This document shows positions 19,059 to 29,552 of a DNA stretch of 46,884 nucleotides, piece after piece. The translations under genes were made by a program, and so were the position numbers. Source of the stretch: a virus (lineage: Duplodnaviria > Caudoviricetes); IMG/VR virus record IMGVR_UViG_3300037424_002473, positions 1-46,884 of that record, one strand, 5' to 3'. The first letter of the stretch is position 1; each line of letters opens with the position of its first letter. The notes beneath the pieces are model-generated. The model saw only the letters and a list, made by a program, of their open reading frames with translations. It was not told where the DNA came from and ran no database searches.

Positions 19059-19925
19059 ATGACATCTTTTAAAGTTAGTGATGAGACTGTAAATAGTTAC
19101 GGAATAAGGGTTCTAAGTTCAGGCGGTGATTTTTCACAATTTGAAAAGAACCCCATAATGCTTTATGATCATGATGATTATAAACGTCTGCCTATCGGTA
19201 ATTGGGAGAATCTTCGCACTGAAGGTGAAGAAATATTTGCCGATCCGGTTTTTGATGATGATGATCCTTTTGCATTATCGGTAAAAAAGAAAGTAGAAAA
19301 GAAAATTATAAGAATGTGTTCAATGGGTATTATACCACTTGAATGGTCTGATGATCTTAAATTAATGCTTCCGGGACAAGATGTTGCCATAACCAAATGG
19401 ATACTTCGCGAGATAAGCATTACTCCTTTCGGTTCGAATAAGAATGCTTTTAAGCTGTATGATAAGCAAGGTAATATTATAAATCTAAATGAAAATACAA
19501 CTTTTTTTAAATCAAATCAGAAAACAAACAAAATGAACGACACAAAAGACAATTTAAAGGAGGTGTTGTGTGCAGGATTAAATCTTTCCGACTCAACATC
19601 AGACAGCGAAATGTTACGACATGTACTAAAACTTAGTACAGATAATGCTTCGCTAACACAACAGTTAGCAACAATGAAACAAGAAAAGGAAAATGCTGAA
19701 GCTGCTGTTGAATTAAAAGAAAAAACAGACTTTTTAAATCTTGCACAAAAGCAAAAGAAGTTTACTGCTGATCAAAGAGCAAGTTATGAAAAGATGGAGT
19801 TTAAAGACCTTAAAGTGGTTTTAGGCGATGTAAAACCAACAATCGACCTTTCAGAAGTTCCAGGAAGCGACAAAGCAGGAAAAAGCCCCTGGGAAACAAG
19901 AATGGACGAAATTCAAAAAAAGTAA
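19059..19925 (+). CDS. prohead protease/scaffold
   Basis: NPIMLYDH, LPIGNW, CSMG, LREISI motifs; coiled-coil C-terminus. Confidence 0.8.
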   Translation: MTSFKVSDETVNSYGIRVLSSGGDFSQFEKNPIMLYDHDDYKRLPIGNWENLRTEGEEIFADPVFDDDDPFALSVKKKVEKKIIRMCSMGIIPLEWSDDLKLMLPGQDVAITKWILREISITPFGSNKNAFKLYDKQGNIINLNENTTFFKSNQKTNKMNDTKDNLKEVLCAGLNLSDSTSDSEMLRHVLKLSTDNASLTQQLATMKQEKENAEAAVELKEKTDFLNLAQKQKKFTADQRASYEKMEFKDLKVVLGDVKPTIDLSEVPGSDKAGKSPWETRMDEIQKK

Positions 19926-19939
19926 TTAGCAAGTAACCT

Positions 19940-20878
19940 ATGGCAATAAACATTACATCGGCGTATTCAGGTGAAGTACTTGAAACGCTATTAGTAAAAG
20001 CTGCTACCGGAAACGAATTAGTAGCAGGCGGTCATATCCGCATTGAACCAAATGTAAAAGATAAATTTTACATACCACGCCTGAAAGCAGGTACTATGCT
20101 GCAAAAACGCATAGAACAACCTGAAGATGCAGATAGCAAAGGTGATTTTACTGTGGATGAAAAGTTGTTGCAGCCACAAGAATTTATGGCCTTTACAACT
20201 TTCAACCCACGTTCATTTGAAAAGTTATGGAGGCCATTCCAACCAACAGGAGCTTTGGTATTTACCGAGTTGCCACCGCAAGCACAAAATATGCTGCTTG
20301 CCGAGTTAGCAAAAGTTGTTGATTTTGAATTAGGCGACCATTTTGTTAACGGTGAGCTCGGTGTTGGGGCTAACCAATTGTTTAATGGTATTTTAACCCG
20401 CATTGTTGCTGATGGTGACGTATTAAAGGTTGCAGGAGCTACCGGAGTTGCAATTACACAAGCCAATGTAATTGATAAATTGAAAGCTGCAAGAGCTTTA
20501 GTTCCTAAAGCTGTTAGAAAGCAAAAGAACCTGAAAATTTTCATGAGTGTTGAAGACGCCGACTTGTACGATGATGCTCTGGCTGCTCAGGCAAACAAAG
20601 GAAAGGATTACACCGAGAAGAATCCCGAGAGATATAAAGGTATTCCAATTATTGCATTGGCATCGTGGCCTAAGGATGTGATTGTAATTTCAAACGCATC
20701 AGCCTTTCTGGATTCAAATTTCTGGGGTGCAGTATCATTCAGCGATGATGATAACGTGATTTTAATTGATAAACTTACCAATGCAGGTGAAAAATACTTC
20801 TTCAAAATGTTGATGAAGGCAGATACAAATACTGCATTTGGTGAAGAAGTTGTATTATCCGACAGCCGTGCTGCTTAA
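19940..20878 (+). CDS. major capsid protein
   Basis: 312 aa directly after the protease; position and size. Confidence 0.7.
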   Translation: MAINITSAYSGEVLETLLVKAATGNELVAGGHIRIEPNVKDKFYIPRLKAGTMLQKRIEQPEDADSKGDFTVDEKLLQPQEFMAFTTFNPRSFEKLWRPFQPTGALVFTELPPQAQNMLLAELAKVVDFELGDHFVNGELGVGANQLFNGILTRIVADGDVLKVAGATGVAITQANVIDKLKAARALVPKAVRKQKNLKIFMSVEDADLYDDALAAQANKGKDYTEKNPERYKGIPIIALASWPKDVIVISNASAFLDSNFWGAVSFSDDDNVILIDKLTNAGEKYFFKMLMKADTNTAFGEEVVLSDSRAA

Positions 20879-20891
20879 ATCCTGAACCGAT

Positions 20892-21224
20892 ATGAATAGT
20901 AAATTAGCAAAAATAGTTCAGGAGAACTTTAAGGCAAACGCCGAATTAAAAGAGCAATACATTTTTGACGATGGATATTGCTACTACCACAAAGCTCGTG
21001 CAATTGAAAGAGCTAATGAAACTAAAAAGAAGTTCCATACAGTTAAACGTGATGCAAAAGTGGATCTTGACACAGATAAGGCCAAGAAGCAGATTGATAC
21101 TTTACAAATTAAAATTAAAGAGAATCAAGAACTGCTTTTAGATGCTGCAAGCCCTGAAGAGAAACAAGCTCTTGAAGAGCAAATTGAAGGGTGGGAAACC
21201 GAAATAGAAAAACTTAAAGAATAA
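20892..21224 (+). CDS. hypothetical virion-associated protein (paralog of 22506-22847)
   Basis: Shared DG..(F/Y)..K..A ... TVKR and C-terminal ALE..I ... IEKLK. Confidence 0.6.
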   Translation: MNSKLAKIVQENFKANAELKEQYIFDDGYCYYHKARAIERANETKKKFHTVKRDAKVDLDTDKAKKQIDTLQIKIKENQELLLDAASPEEKQALEEQIEGWETEIEKLKE

Positions 21225-21410
21225 ATGAAAGATATACTTTATCCTGCCACCGGAGCCGGTAGCAGTTCCTTGGCGATGATTTTAGGTTTTATTGATGTTA
21301 ACGGGCTTATGAATGCCTTTTTATTTGGGGCTGCCGGGGCTTTAGGTGGCGTAGTGATAAAGTATCTCGCTAAAATTTACAAAAAATGGAAAGAATCAAA
21401 ACATTCTTAA
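21225..21410 (+). CDS. putative holin
   Basis: 61 aa, hydrophobic with basic C-terminus, upstream of endolysin. Confidence 0.55.
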   Translation: MKDILYPATGAGSSSLAMILGFIDVNGLMNAFLFGAAGALGGVVIKYLAKIYKKWKESKHS

Positions 21411-21760
21411 AGAAATTTATTAAACGTTGGAATGAGTTTTTACCGTTCATTATTGCTTTGCTTGTTTGGGGGCTTGCAGGTTTAATAATTCCTGCTATTG
21501 ACCCAGGTGCAGGGACTGATGATCTTGGATTATTTCAGGCTTTGGTTTTTGGACTTGTAATCTATTTTGCTGCATGTACATTCTCATGGATTGCATTGCG
21601 GTTAATATTTCCCGAAATCGGTATATATGTCGATGATAAAATGGGAGACGAATTTAAGGGAAATAAATCTTCAGAACGGTGGGATCGGCATTGGTTCGCA
21701 CTTGTCATGTTTGCCATTTATTTCTTTGGTGCAATAATTATTTTAACAAATACAATTTAA
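21386..21760 (+). CDS. 3-TM membrane protein, lysis module
   Basis: Three hydrophobic helices; adjacent to endolysin. Confidence 0.6.
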   Translation: MERIKTFLKKFIKRWNEFLPFIIALLVWGLAGLIIPAIDPGAGTDDLGLFQALVFGLVIYFAACTFSWIALRLIFPEIGIYVDDKMGDEFKGNKSSERWDRHWFALVMFAIYFFGAIIILTNTI

Positions 21761-21761
21761 C

Positions 21762-22292
21762 ATGAAAAAGATTTTATTATTAATTGGCCTATTATGCCTG
21801 TTGGTTGTTACAAAGGCCCAGCCAGTGAGGGATCAGGTGGAAGAAACTTATCTCTCTTATGTTGGTGTAAGGGAACTAACCGGACATAATGACGGGCAGG
21901 AAGTTGAAGCTTACCTGCAAAGCACAGGTTTAGGTAAAGGATACGCATGGTGTGCAGCTTATGTAAATTACTGTTTAATAAGTTGTGATGTGGAAACTCC
22001 TAAAGGTGCAGCATGGTCGCCAAACTGGTTTCCTGAAAACAAGATTGTTTATAAACGTGGTAATGACTTAAATTATAATCCACGAAAGGGAGATGTTTTT
22101 GGCATTTATTTTTCGAATAAGCACAGAATTGCTCACGTAGGATTCATTCATTATTGGAGACAGGGCGATGATTATGCTGTAACGGTAGAAGGTAACACTA
22201 ATAATGCAGGATCAAGAGAAGGCGATGGTGTCTATAAAAAACGAAGGTTGAAACGGCAAATCTATGAAGTTGCCAACTGGATAGACACCTAA
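21762..22292 (+). CDS. CHAP-domain endolysin with signal peptide
   Basis: AWCAAYV, AHVGF, TVEGNT; N-terminal signal sequence. Confidence 0.85.
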   Translation: MKKILLLIGLLCLLVVTKAQPVRDQVEETYLSYVGVRELTGHNDGQEVEAYLQSTGLGKGYAWCAAYVNYCLISCDVETPKGAAWSPNWFPENKIVYKRGNDLNYNPRKGDVFGIYFSNKHRIAHVGFIHYWRQGDDYAVTVEGNTNNAGSREGDGVYKKRRLKRQIYEVANWIDT

Positions 22293-22294
22293 CC

Positions 22295-22522
22295 ATGAAA
22301 AAGATCATTATAGGTGTTTTGATCGGTTTTATCCTGGGCTTTTCGAGCGGAATGTTGTTTTACTCCAAACTACTGGATAAGCCCGAAGTGGTAAACCAAA
22401 ACAAGATCAAACAAAAAGTTAAAGGTGCTAACAACAATGTTGAAACAGAGTACCAGGATAATCAAGTGATTGAAAACAAAACAAAAAAAAGGAGGAAAGT
22501 CAGAGATGAAACCGGGACATAA
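22295..22522 (+). CDS. membrane-anchored protein, possible spanin component
   Basis: N-terminal TM, follows endolysin. Confidence 0.45.
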   Translation: MKKIIIGVLIGFILGFSSGMLFYSKLLDKPEVVNQNKIKQKVKGANNNVETEYQDNQVIENKTKKRRKVRDETGT

Positions 22523-22847
22523 AAAATATTTTGACAGCTATCCAAAAGTAGATGAGTTTCACTTTACAACTGATGGATTAGCTTTTACTGATAAAGAAAA
22601 AGCTGAAAAGCATCAAGAGCACCTGAAAAAAGGTAAGATCGAAACGGTGAAACGTAACGAGAAGATTGAGGAGCCAGAGAATTCTGAGAAAGCTGAAAAG
22701 AAGTTGTCTGAAATGAACAGAGAAGAATTATTGGCCTTTTTATCTCAAACTCAACAGGATTTTGACAAAGCAACTAAAAAGAAAGATAAGGATGCTCTTG
22801 AGCTAAGGATATTAGAAATTGAAGAATCAATTGAAAAATTAAAGTAA
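22506..22847 (+). CDS. hypothetical virion-associated protein
   Basis: ATG at 22506; ends just before the sheath gene. Confidence 0.6.
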   Translation: MKPGHKKYFDSYPKVDEFHFTTDGLAFTDKEKAEKHQEHLKKGKIETVKRNEKIEEPENSEKAEKKLSEMNREELLAFLSQTQQDFDKATKKKDKDALELRILEIEESIEKLK

Positions 22848-22848
22848 A

Positions 22849-24009
22849 ATGGGAATTCCAAATGTAAATTTTGAAACGTTAAACGGTTCACTTGGAGGAA
22901 CTAATCCTACAGGAGACGGTATTTCAGGGCTTGTGCTTTCACATGAAGCAACTGCAAATATTGGGCTGAATGAACCTAAAGTAATTTTCAGTATAAAAGA
23001 TGCCGAAAATTTACTAATAGCCGGATTTGCTCTCAACGAGATTAAAGACTTTTACTCGAAAGCAGGAGAAGGCCAGGAACTATGGATAATGATTGTTAGT
23101 GATACGAGTTTACTGGCAGATGTTTGCGACCAGAGCAATGATATCGCTAAAAAGTTATTAGTTAATAGTGGTGGCCGTGTTAAAGTTTGGGGTGTAAATA
23201 TTGAGAAGCCTGGCACTTATGTAGCCGATCAAACTGAAGGTATTGATAAGGATGCATACGATGCTATGACTAAAGCTCACGAGCTTTGCGTAGCTATGGC
23301 AGCAAAATACATTCCATCGCGTTGCGTTATTCCTGGAAGGGAATGGGATGGTGAAGTAGGTAAATTAAAAGATCTTAAGACTGCAACTCAAAACCGTGTA
23401 CAAATTACTCTTCATGGAACGAAAGACGGTAATGAGGCAAAGGTAGGCTTTTTGGTTGGTCTGTATTCTGCTATTGCTGTTCAGCGAAATATTGGACGTG
23501 TAGCTTCCGGTGATTTAGGAGTTACTGAAGCATATTTAACTGATGGAGTAAGTACTGCTGAATCAACTGTAAATAGTGCCGATACTATCCACGATAAAGG
23601 ATATGTATTACCTATTAAACGCTTTGGGAAATCAGGATACTTCTATAATGATGATCCTACAGCTGCAGGCAATAGTGATGATTTTTCGAGCTTTGCACGT
23701 GGCCGCGTAATGGATAAGGTACAAAGGATTGCATACGAGGTTTACCTTGAGTTTGTAAATGATGATTATGCTGTAGCTCCTGATGGAAGTATCAGTGTAG
23801 GTGAACTGAAAAGGCTGCAGGGCAAAATAGATGATGCAGTAAATCAGAATATGACTGCTGCTAATGAGATTAGCGGATTCAGAAGCTATGTTGATCCTGC
23901 TCAGGATGTTCTTGCAACCGGACAAACCCGTGTGAAACTGCAAGTGCAGCCACGAGCATACCATAAAGAGTTAGTTGTTGAAATTGGTTTTACTAAAACA
24001 TTAGAATAA
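22849..24009 (+). CDS. tail sheath protein (DUF2586-like)
   Basis: RNIGRV..G, GYFYNDD, RVMDKVQR motifs; precedes tube gene. Confidence 0.8.
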   Translation: MGIPNVNFETLNGSLGGTNPTGDGISGLVLSHEATANIGLNEPKVIFSIKDAENLLIAGFALNEIKDFYSKAGEGQELWIMIVSDTSLLADVCDQSNDIAKKLLVNSGGRVKVWGVNIEKPGTYVADQTEGIDKDAYDAMTKAHELCVAMAAKYIPSRCVIPGREWDGEVGKLKDLKTATQNRVQITLHGTKDGNEAKVGFLVGLYSAIAVQRNIGRVASGDLGVTEAYLTDGVSTAESTVNSADTIHDKGYVLPIKRFGKSGYFYNDDPTAAGNSDDFSSFARGRVMDKVQRIAYEVYLEFVNDDYAVAPDGSISVGELKRLQGKIDDAVNQNMTAANEISGFRSYVDPAQDVLATGQTRVKLQVQPRAYHKELVVEIGFTKTLE

Positions 24010-24010
24010 C

Positions 24011-24457
24011 ATGGGATTTAGTACAAAAACAGGGCAATTTGCCTGGAAAGAACTTACTGTCTTAATTGATGGCAGGCCAATGATAGAGTTAACAGATATT
24101 GAAATAAAAACTGTTAAAAACATTGAAGAAATCTATGGAGCTGGTGACAGCCCGCAATTCTTAGGAGAAGGTAATAAAGCACATTCAGGTAACTTAGAGC
24201 TACTCCAAAGTGGTTACGAAGTCTTAGTTGAAGAAGCAAAAAAACGAGGTGGTGATGATATAACTGATCTTGAAGTGGATGTTATTATGAGTTTTGTTCC
24301 TAAGAGTAAAGATGCTGCTACAATTGCAATGAAGACTGTTGTTAACCGTATAGTTGGTGTTAAGTTTCCTGAAGATGGTTACAAAATGACACAAGGAAGT
24401 ACTCATGCAAAAGTTGGAATTCCTTTTAAAGCATTACGCATCGAGCGACAAATTTAA
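24011..24457 (+). CDS. tail tube protein
   Basis: FAWKEL, IYGAG..P..LGEG; follows sheath. Confidence 0.75.
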   Translation: MGFSTKTGQFAWKELTVLIDGRPMIELTDIEIKTVKNIEEIYGAGDSPQFLGEGNKAHSGNLELLQSGYEVLVEEAKKRGGDDITDLEVDVIMSFVPKSKDAATIAMKTVVNRIVGVKFPEDGYKMTQGSTHAKVGIPFKALRIERQI

Positions 24458-24462
24458 AAATC

Positions 24463-24499
24463 CAGTCATCCGATAGTTTAATTTATCGGATGACTGTTT
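24463..24499 (+). terminator. perfect 13-bp hairpin after the tube gene
   Basis: CAGTCATCCGATA / TATCGGATGACTG. Confidence 0.65.
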
Positions 24500-24533
24500 A
24501 AACTTCATTTAATCATCGTTTAAACGCAATAAA

Positions 24534-24962
24534 ATGACACAAAAAAAACAAACGCAGTTTACCATACCTGAAGAGTTTAAATCTAAAGTTGAAGGTTGGA
24601 AAGCTAATTACGGAAAAATAAAGTACCTGGATATTGACTCTTTATTACAAATTAAGAAGGAAAAGAAAAAAGAAGGGAACAAAGAAGTTGATATTGAAGT
24701 TCCTGAATATAAGCAGGGAAGATCCGTTTTCTTTAGAATGCCTTCACGCCAGGAAATGTCTGCTGCCGAGAATTTGTCAGTTAACGAATCAGGGCAAATG
24801 GATTCTTACAAAAAAGCAGAAAAACTTATGGTTGACTGCTATTTAGGTGGACAGGCCACGCTTGATGAAATTTTGGCTGACATTGAATTATACATGGCAG
24901 TAGCTGAATTTTGCCTTTACAATTTAGTTGAAAGAAAAAACGTGAACTGGGGCAGCTGTTAA
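24534..24962 (+). CDS. tail assembly chaperone (with -1 frameshift extension to 25165)
   Basis: Between tube and tape measure; in-frame A AAA AAC at 24935-24941. Confidence 0.75.
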   Translation: MTQKKQTQFTIPEEFKSKVEGWKANYGKIKYLDIDSLLQIKKEKKKEGNKEVDIEVPEYKQGRSVFFRMPSRQEMSAAENLSVNESGQMDSYKKAEKLMVDCYLGGQATLDEILADIELYMAVAEFCLYNLVERKNVNWGSC

Positions 24963-25127
24963 AACAGGCTCGAAAAAATATTAATGAAGGTTCGTTGACC
25001 TATATTAACATACTGCTCCAGTATCACAATATTTCTGATAATCCAGATGAATTAAGCGACAGCGACTGGGCTTTAAAGTATGCTACTTTAGAGGACATTC
25101 GTAAAAAAGAAAAAGAAAGGACTTTAA

Positions 25128-27971
25128 ATGAGCTCGGAAGGTTTCTCTTATCTGATAAAGATTGACACCAATGGTAATGTTGTTTTGCCACAATTAGCTG
25201 CAAATGCTGATAAGGCAAATATCTCATTACGACGTATCGGTAAAGATTCAGATAAAAGCATGGCAGGATTAAACAATACTGCCAAACAATCTTCAGCTTC
25301 GCTTAAACCATTAGAAAATACAGCCCGGAAAGCGGAAGCATCTATCCGCTCTCTGGGCAATATTTCTGAAAAGAGTTTACAAAAACTCAAATCACATCAG
25401 GCAAATAATGCCTTTACTCCTTTAGCAGCTAATGCAAAAAAAGCTACGGAAAGCATCAAGCAGCTAAGAAATACAGCAAACAAAAAACTCCGTGTCAATG
25501 CGGATGTGGTTTACAACCCACAAAAAGAAATTAGCTTTGCACCAAAGGTTAAAAATCCAAATGGGATATTTAAACCTTTAATTCAAGATGCAAAGCAGGC
25601 AGAAAAAGCCTTAAGAAATTTGAGTTATACTGGCAATAAAAGCCTGTCTCAACTCAATAAACAAGCTTCAAAAAGCAAAGGTACATTAAGGCCATTGTCT
25701 TCTGAAGCAAAAGCAGCAAGTTCTCACATTAATAAAATCGGAAACAGTTCTAATAGAAGTTTTTCCACCTTATATCGTGCAGGCCAGAAAGCAAAAGGAT
25801 TGTTGGGCAGCATAAGAACCGGATCACAAAAAGTAATTACCAAGATTCGCCAAATTGGCTCAACTTCAGATAAGAGCTTTAAAAGACTTGAACGAAATGC
25901 CAACCATAGTCGTACTGCTTTGAGCAGGCTTAGAGGCATGGCTGCCGGGTTAGGCTTGACCCTTACCACAGGGGCAGCAATGGCAGGATTAGTGGGAACC
26001 GGGGCAGGCTTTGAAAAAAGCATGAGTAATGTCCAGGCTTTAAGTAATGCCACCAAAACTGAAATGGTTAGCCTTACCAAAGCAGCACGTGATGCAGGTG
26101 CAAAAACAGCATATACAGCCCGTGAGAGTGCCGATGCAATGGGGTATTTAGCATTAGCAGGATATAATGCAGAACAGCAAATATCGGCACTGCCAGCTAC
26201 TTTAAATCTAGCAGCTGCAGGTAGTATTGACCTTGCACGAAGTGCCGATATAGCCACAAATATTCTTAGCCAGTACCGAATGAAAGCCAAGGATACGGGT
26301 GTAGTTGTTGACCAGTTGGCGTTTACACAAAGCCGCTTTAATACCAATATTGAAGAAGCTGCTGATGCGATGAACTATTGGGGGCCTACTGCTGCAGCAA
26401 TGAAAATAAAGCTTTCAGAAAGTAATGCAACCATAGGCTTGTTAGCAAACAACGGGTTAAAAGGCTCGTTAGCTACCCGTGCTTTAGGTACAAGTATTGT
26501 AAGGCTTAGCAAACCAACCACGCAAATGCGCCAGATAATGGATGAGCTAAACCTTAGTTTTTTCGACAGTGAAGGGCGTTTTGTGGGTATGGCAGGAATG
26601 GTTGATATATTAAACCAGCGCATGGGCAACCTAACCGACCAGCAAAAACAAGCAGCCTTATCGACAGTATTTGGAAGTGAGGCTATTCAGGAAATGAATA
26701 TCCTACTTGCTGAAGGTGCAGGCAAAATAAGGTATTGGACTAATGAGCTTGAAAATGCTGAAGGTACAGCTAAACGAATGTCGGATACAAAACTTGATAA
26801 TCTTGCAGGTGATTTTCAAATATTAAAAAGTTCAAGTCAGGAAGTATCCTTACAAATATTTGAGGAGCTTAGTCCAGCCTTAAGGGCTGTAACAAAAGAG
26901 GCTACTCTTTTTATTCGAAACATGGATACTAAGAAGGTAAGCTTAATGCTTAAAAAAACTGTATTGCAATTAAGAAGCGGTGTAATATGGTTAGGACAGC
27001 ATAAAAGGACTATTATAAATCTGGGTAAAGCCTTAGTAGTTCTTAAAGCTGTGACCTTATCTTATAATGCTGGCATTAAGCTGCAGGCAGGGTTAACAAC
27101 TATTGCAACCGCAAGAAAATGGGCTTATGCTGCTGCTACCAAAAATGCAGCCGTTGCTAATAGAGCATTAAACATGGCCATAAAAGCTAATCCGCTTGGT
27201 CTAATGTTAAGTACTTTAACTGCTGTGATCGGTGCAGTTACGTTGTTTAGAGATAGAACTAAGGAAGCTGCTTCTGCCCAACGTGATATGACTTTAGCAG
27301 GAATTGAATCCCAAATTTTAAAGGAAGAAAGCAAGGGGCTTGTTGCTGATACTAAATTGGATACTGAAAAGGTTAACTTAAATAGTACAAGCCAGAGGCA
27401 GCTAGTTCAGATAAAGGAATCCGCAATTGAGCGAAAAAATAAAGCTGAAGATGTAATTTCAGATTTAAAAGCTAAGGCAAAATCAAGTCCTGAATATAAA
27501 GAGTATGCAAGGCTTGCTAAAAAAGAAAAACAAACTAAGATAGAAAACGGCCTTTACAAGCCCGGCTTATCTATACAAGAGACTATAAGAAAAAAAGGAC
27601 TGGAAGAGAAAATAAATAAAATGCCTGAGACTCAAACAGGTTTAACCTTAACGCAACTTCAAAAAGTAATTAATGATAATACAGGACTAATAAAAAAAGT
27701 TTCAGGATTAATTAAGCCAGATGAAGATACCAACTCTTTAACAAAGCCTGTATCCAATCAAATTGATGATTCCAATATGAGCGAAAACATCATATCAGGT
27801 GGGGCATCTCAAAAAGTTGTTAATGTTAGTTTAGAAAAGTTTCAGGATAATGTCAACTTTAATATATATGGGCAGATCGAAGAACTTAGGGATAGCATGG
27901 ATGAAATGAGACAAATGTTTAATGAGAATTTAATGAGAATATTAAACAGTGCGAACCAATTAGCAAACTAA
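25128..27971 (+). CDS. tape measure protein (TP901-type core)
   Basis: FEKSMSNVQAL, YLALAG, LNLAAAG, LANNGLKGS, LDNLAGD, ANPLGL. Confidence 0.9.
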   Translation: MSSEGFSYLIKIDTNGNVVLPQLAANADKANISLRRIGKDSDKSMAGLNNTAKQSSASLKPLENTARKAEASIRSLGNISEKSLQKLKSHQANNAFTPLAANAKKATESIKQLRNTANKKLRVNADVVYNPQKEISFAPKVKNPNGIFKPLIQDAKQAEKALRNLSYTGNKSLSQLNKQASKSKGTLRPLSSEAKAASSHINKIGNSSNRSFSTLYRAGQKAKGLLGSIRTGSQKVITKIRQIGSTSDKSFKRLERNANHSRTALSRLRGMAAGLGLTLTTGAAMAGLVGTGAGFEKSMSNVQALSNATKTEMVSLTKAARDAGAKTAYTARESADAMGYLALAGYNAEQQISALPATLNLAAAGSIDLARSADIATNILSQYRMKAKDTGVVVDQLAFTQSRFNTNIEEAADAMNYWGPTAAAMKIKLSESNATIGLLANNGLKGSLATRALGTSIVRLSKPTTQMRQIMDELNLSFFDSEGRFVGMAGMVDILNQRMGNLTDQQKQAALSTVFGSEAIQEMNILLAEGAGKIRYWTNELENAEGTAKRMSDTKLDNLAGDFQILKSSSQEVSLQIFEELSPALRAVTKEATLFIRNMDTKKVSLMLKKTVLQLRSGVIWLGQHKRTIINLGKALVVLKAVTLSYNAGIKLQAGLTTIATARKWAYAAATKNAAVANRALNMAIKANPLGLMLSTLTAVIGAVTLFRDRTKEAASAQRDMTLAGIESQILKEESKGLVADTKLDTEKVNLNSTSQRQLVQIKESAIERKNKAEDVISDLKAKAKSSPEYKEYARLAKKEKQTKIENGLYKPGLSIQETIRKKGLEEKINKMPETQTGLTLTQLQKVINDNTGLIKKVSGLIKPDEDTNSLTKPVSNQIDDSNMSENIISGGASQKVVNVSLEKFQDNVNFNIYGQIEELRDSMDEMRQMFNENLMRILNSANQLAN

Positions 27972-27981
27972 TTTATGAATT

Positions 27982-28584
27982 ATGGCTGAGTTTGATTTAC
28001 AACAAATATATACTGCACTGGCAAGCTATAAAGGGTTGCCTTTTCCAATAGGTATTAACCAACTTCCTTCATACAAAATTAAGCAGTTTGAAAACAGGAT
28101 AGGTATCTTAAAGGGTGAACGTGATATTAAAAGTATATATGGTCAACCTGTTATTATGCCTGTTACAATTGACGATGTGGTTCTTGGAACTGGTGAAGAT
28201 GAAAACACACATTTAACCATTCAGCCAATGGTAGTTTTTGAAGGTAAAAAACGAATTGTTACAAATGAAATTGGTGGTGGTTCTTATAGTGGTACAATAA
28301 AAGAGTTTATCAATCTTGATGATTATAAAATAAGCATAATTGGAGCTGTTGTTAACCGTAATCAAAAAGAGTATCCACATGAACAGGTTAACATTCTTAA
28401 GAATTTGTGGAAGAAAAATCAAGCACTTTCTTTTGACTGTGCTTTAACGAATGATTTATTTGATTATTTAGTATTTCAGGATATCAAATTTAAAGAGCTA
28501 AGTAAAAGCCCAGGTATTCAGGCTTATGAAATAAAAGCCATAAGCGATGCTGTTTTGGAAGTCGAACAATTGAAAGGAGAATAA
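27982..28584 (+). CDS. tail/baseplate initiation protein (DUF6046-like)
   Basis: GTIKEFINLDDYKISI..YP..AISD; follows TMP. Confidence 0.6.
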   Translation: MAEFDLQQIYTALASYKGLPFPIGINQLPSYKIKQFENRIGILKGERDIKSIYGQPVIMPVTIDDVVLGTGEDENTHLTIQPMVVFEGKKRIVTNEIGGGSYSGTIKEFINLDDYKISIIGAVVNRNQKEYPHEQVNILKNLWKKNQALSFDCALTNDLFDYLVFQDIKFKELSKSPGIQAYEIKAISDAVLEVEQLKGE

Positions 28585-29552
28585 TGCTTACACCTGTTGT
28601 AAATATCACTATTGGCACATTAAAATTCAAAGGCTGTAAAAGCTTTTATGTTGATAAAGATGTGGATAATCTTTCTGTTACCGGAACGGTTGAGCTTCCA
28701 TTAAAAGCAATGTTGAGCGGTGAGAAAGGTAAAGAAAAGATCATGGTTGATGAAAGTATTAAAACAGGTGATATAATTACCATTGAAGCCGGATACCAGG
28801 AATATGAGATCAGGGAGATTTTTTCGGGAAACATTTCTAATATTGATCCATCAGACTCAGTTAAAATAACAATTGAAGATGCTGTTTATCTTTTACGTAA
28901 ACAGCCTGTATTAATTAATGAAAAAGATATTACAGTTAAGGATTTGTGCAATATTCTTATTAAAGGCACTGATTTAAGCCTTTCTTCAAATACTATTTCC
29001 ATGAAAATAGATGCATTTAAATACAAAGGAAATGCTGCCGGAGCTTTGGCTAAATTAAAAGAAGAAATGAAACTGACCTGTTATTTTGATGGTTTGGAGT
29101 TATTCGTAGGAGGTCAGCAAATGAATACTAAGGGACAGATTACAGCTATTTATGGGGGTAATGTTCTTAAAAATCAAACGAGTTATCAATACGCTGATGC
29201 CAATCCTGTACAGGTTACTGTAATAGGTAAAAAAGAAAACGGCGAGGAGGTTAAAGTAGTTGCTGGCCAGGAAGGTGGTTCTGCTATGACTTTCTATAAA
29301 TATAACGTAACTGATGAAGAACTATTAAATACCATAGCCAATGATGAACTGAATCGTTACAGCTTTAATGGTTTTAAAGGATCGTTAAAATTGTGGTTTA
29401 TTCCATTTGCAGAGCCGGGAGGTTCAATAGTTTATAAAAACGAGAATTACAAGCAGGAAACAGAAGGAACATACTTTATTAAAGGTGTTAAGTACAGTTT
29501 CAGCACAAGCGAAGGATTAAAGCAAACTGTAAAACTAGGAGCTAAATTATAA
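28584..29552 (+). CDS. baseplate hub (gpD/gp44-like)
   Basis: Size and position; GFKGSL..GTYFIKGV. Confidence 0.65.
   Translation: MLTPVVNITIGTLKFKGCKSFYVDKDVDNLSVTGTVELPLKAMLSGEKGKEKIMVDESIKTGDIITIEAGYQEYEIREIFSGNISNIDPSDSVKITIEDAVYLLRKQPVLINEKDITVKDLCNILIKGTDLSLSSNTISMKIDAFKYKGNAAGALAKLKEEMKLTCYFDGLELFVGGQQMNTKGQITAIYGGNVLKNQTSYQYADANPVQVTVIGKKENGEEVKVVAGQEGGSAMTFYKYNVTDEELLNTIANDELNRYSFNGFKGSLKLWFIPFAEPGGSIVYKNENYKQETEGTYFIKGVKYSFSTSEGLKQTVKLGAKL

Noticed and set aside
25724-26347. 207-aa antisense ORF and other antisense ORFs in capsid, sheath and methylase genes
   Set aside because: Shadows of well-supported genes with no recognisable motifs
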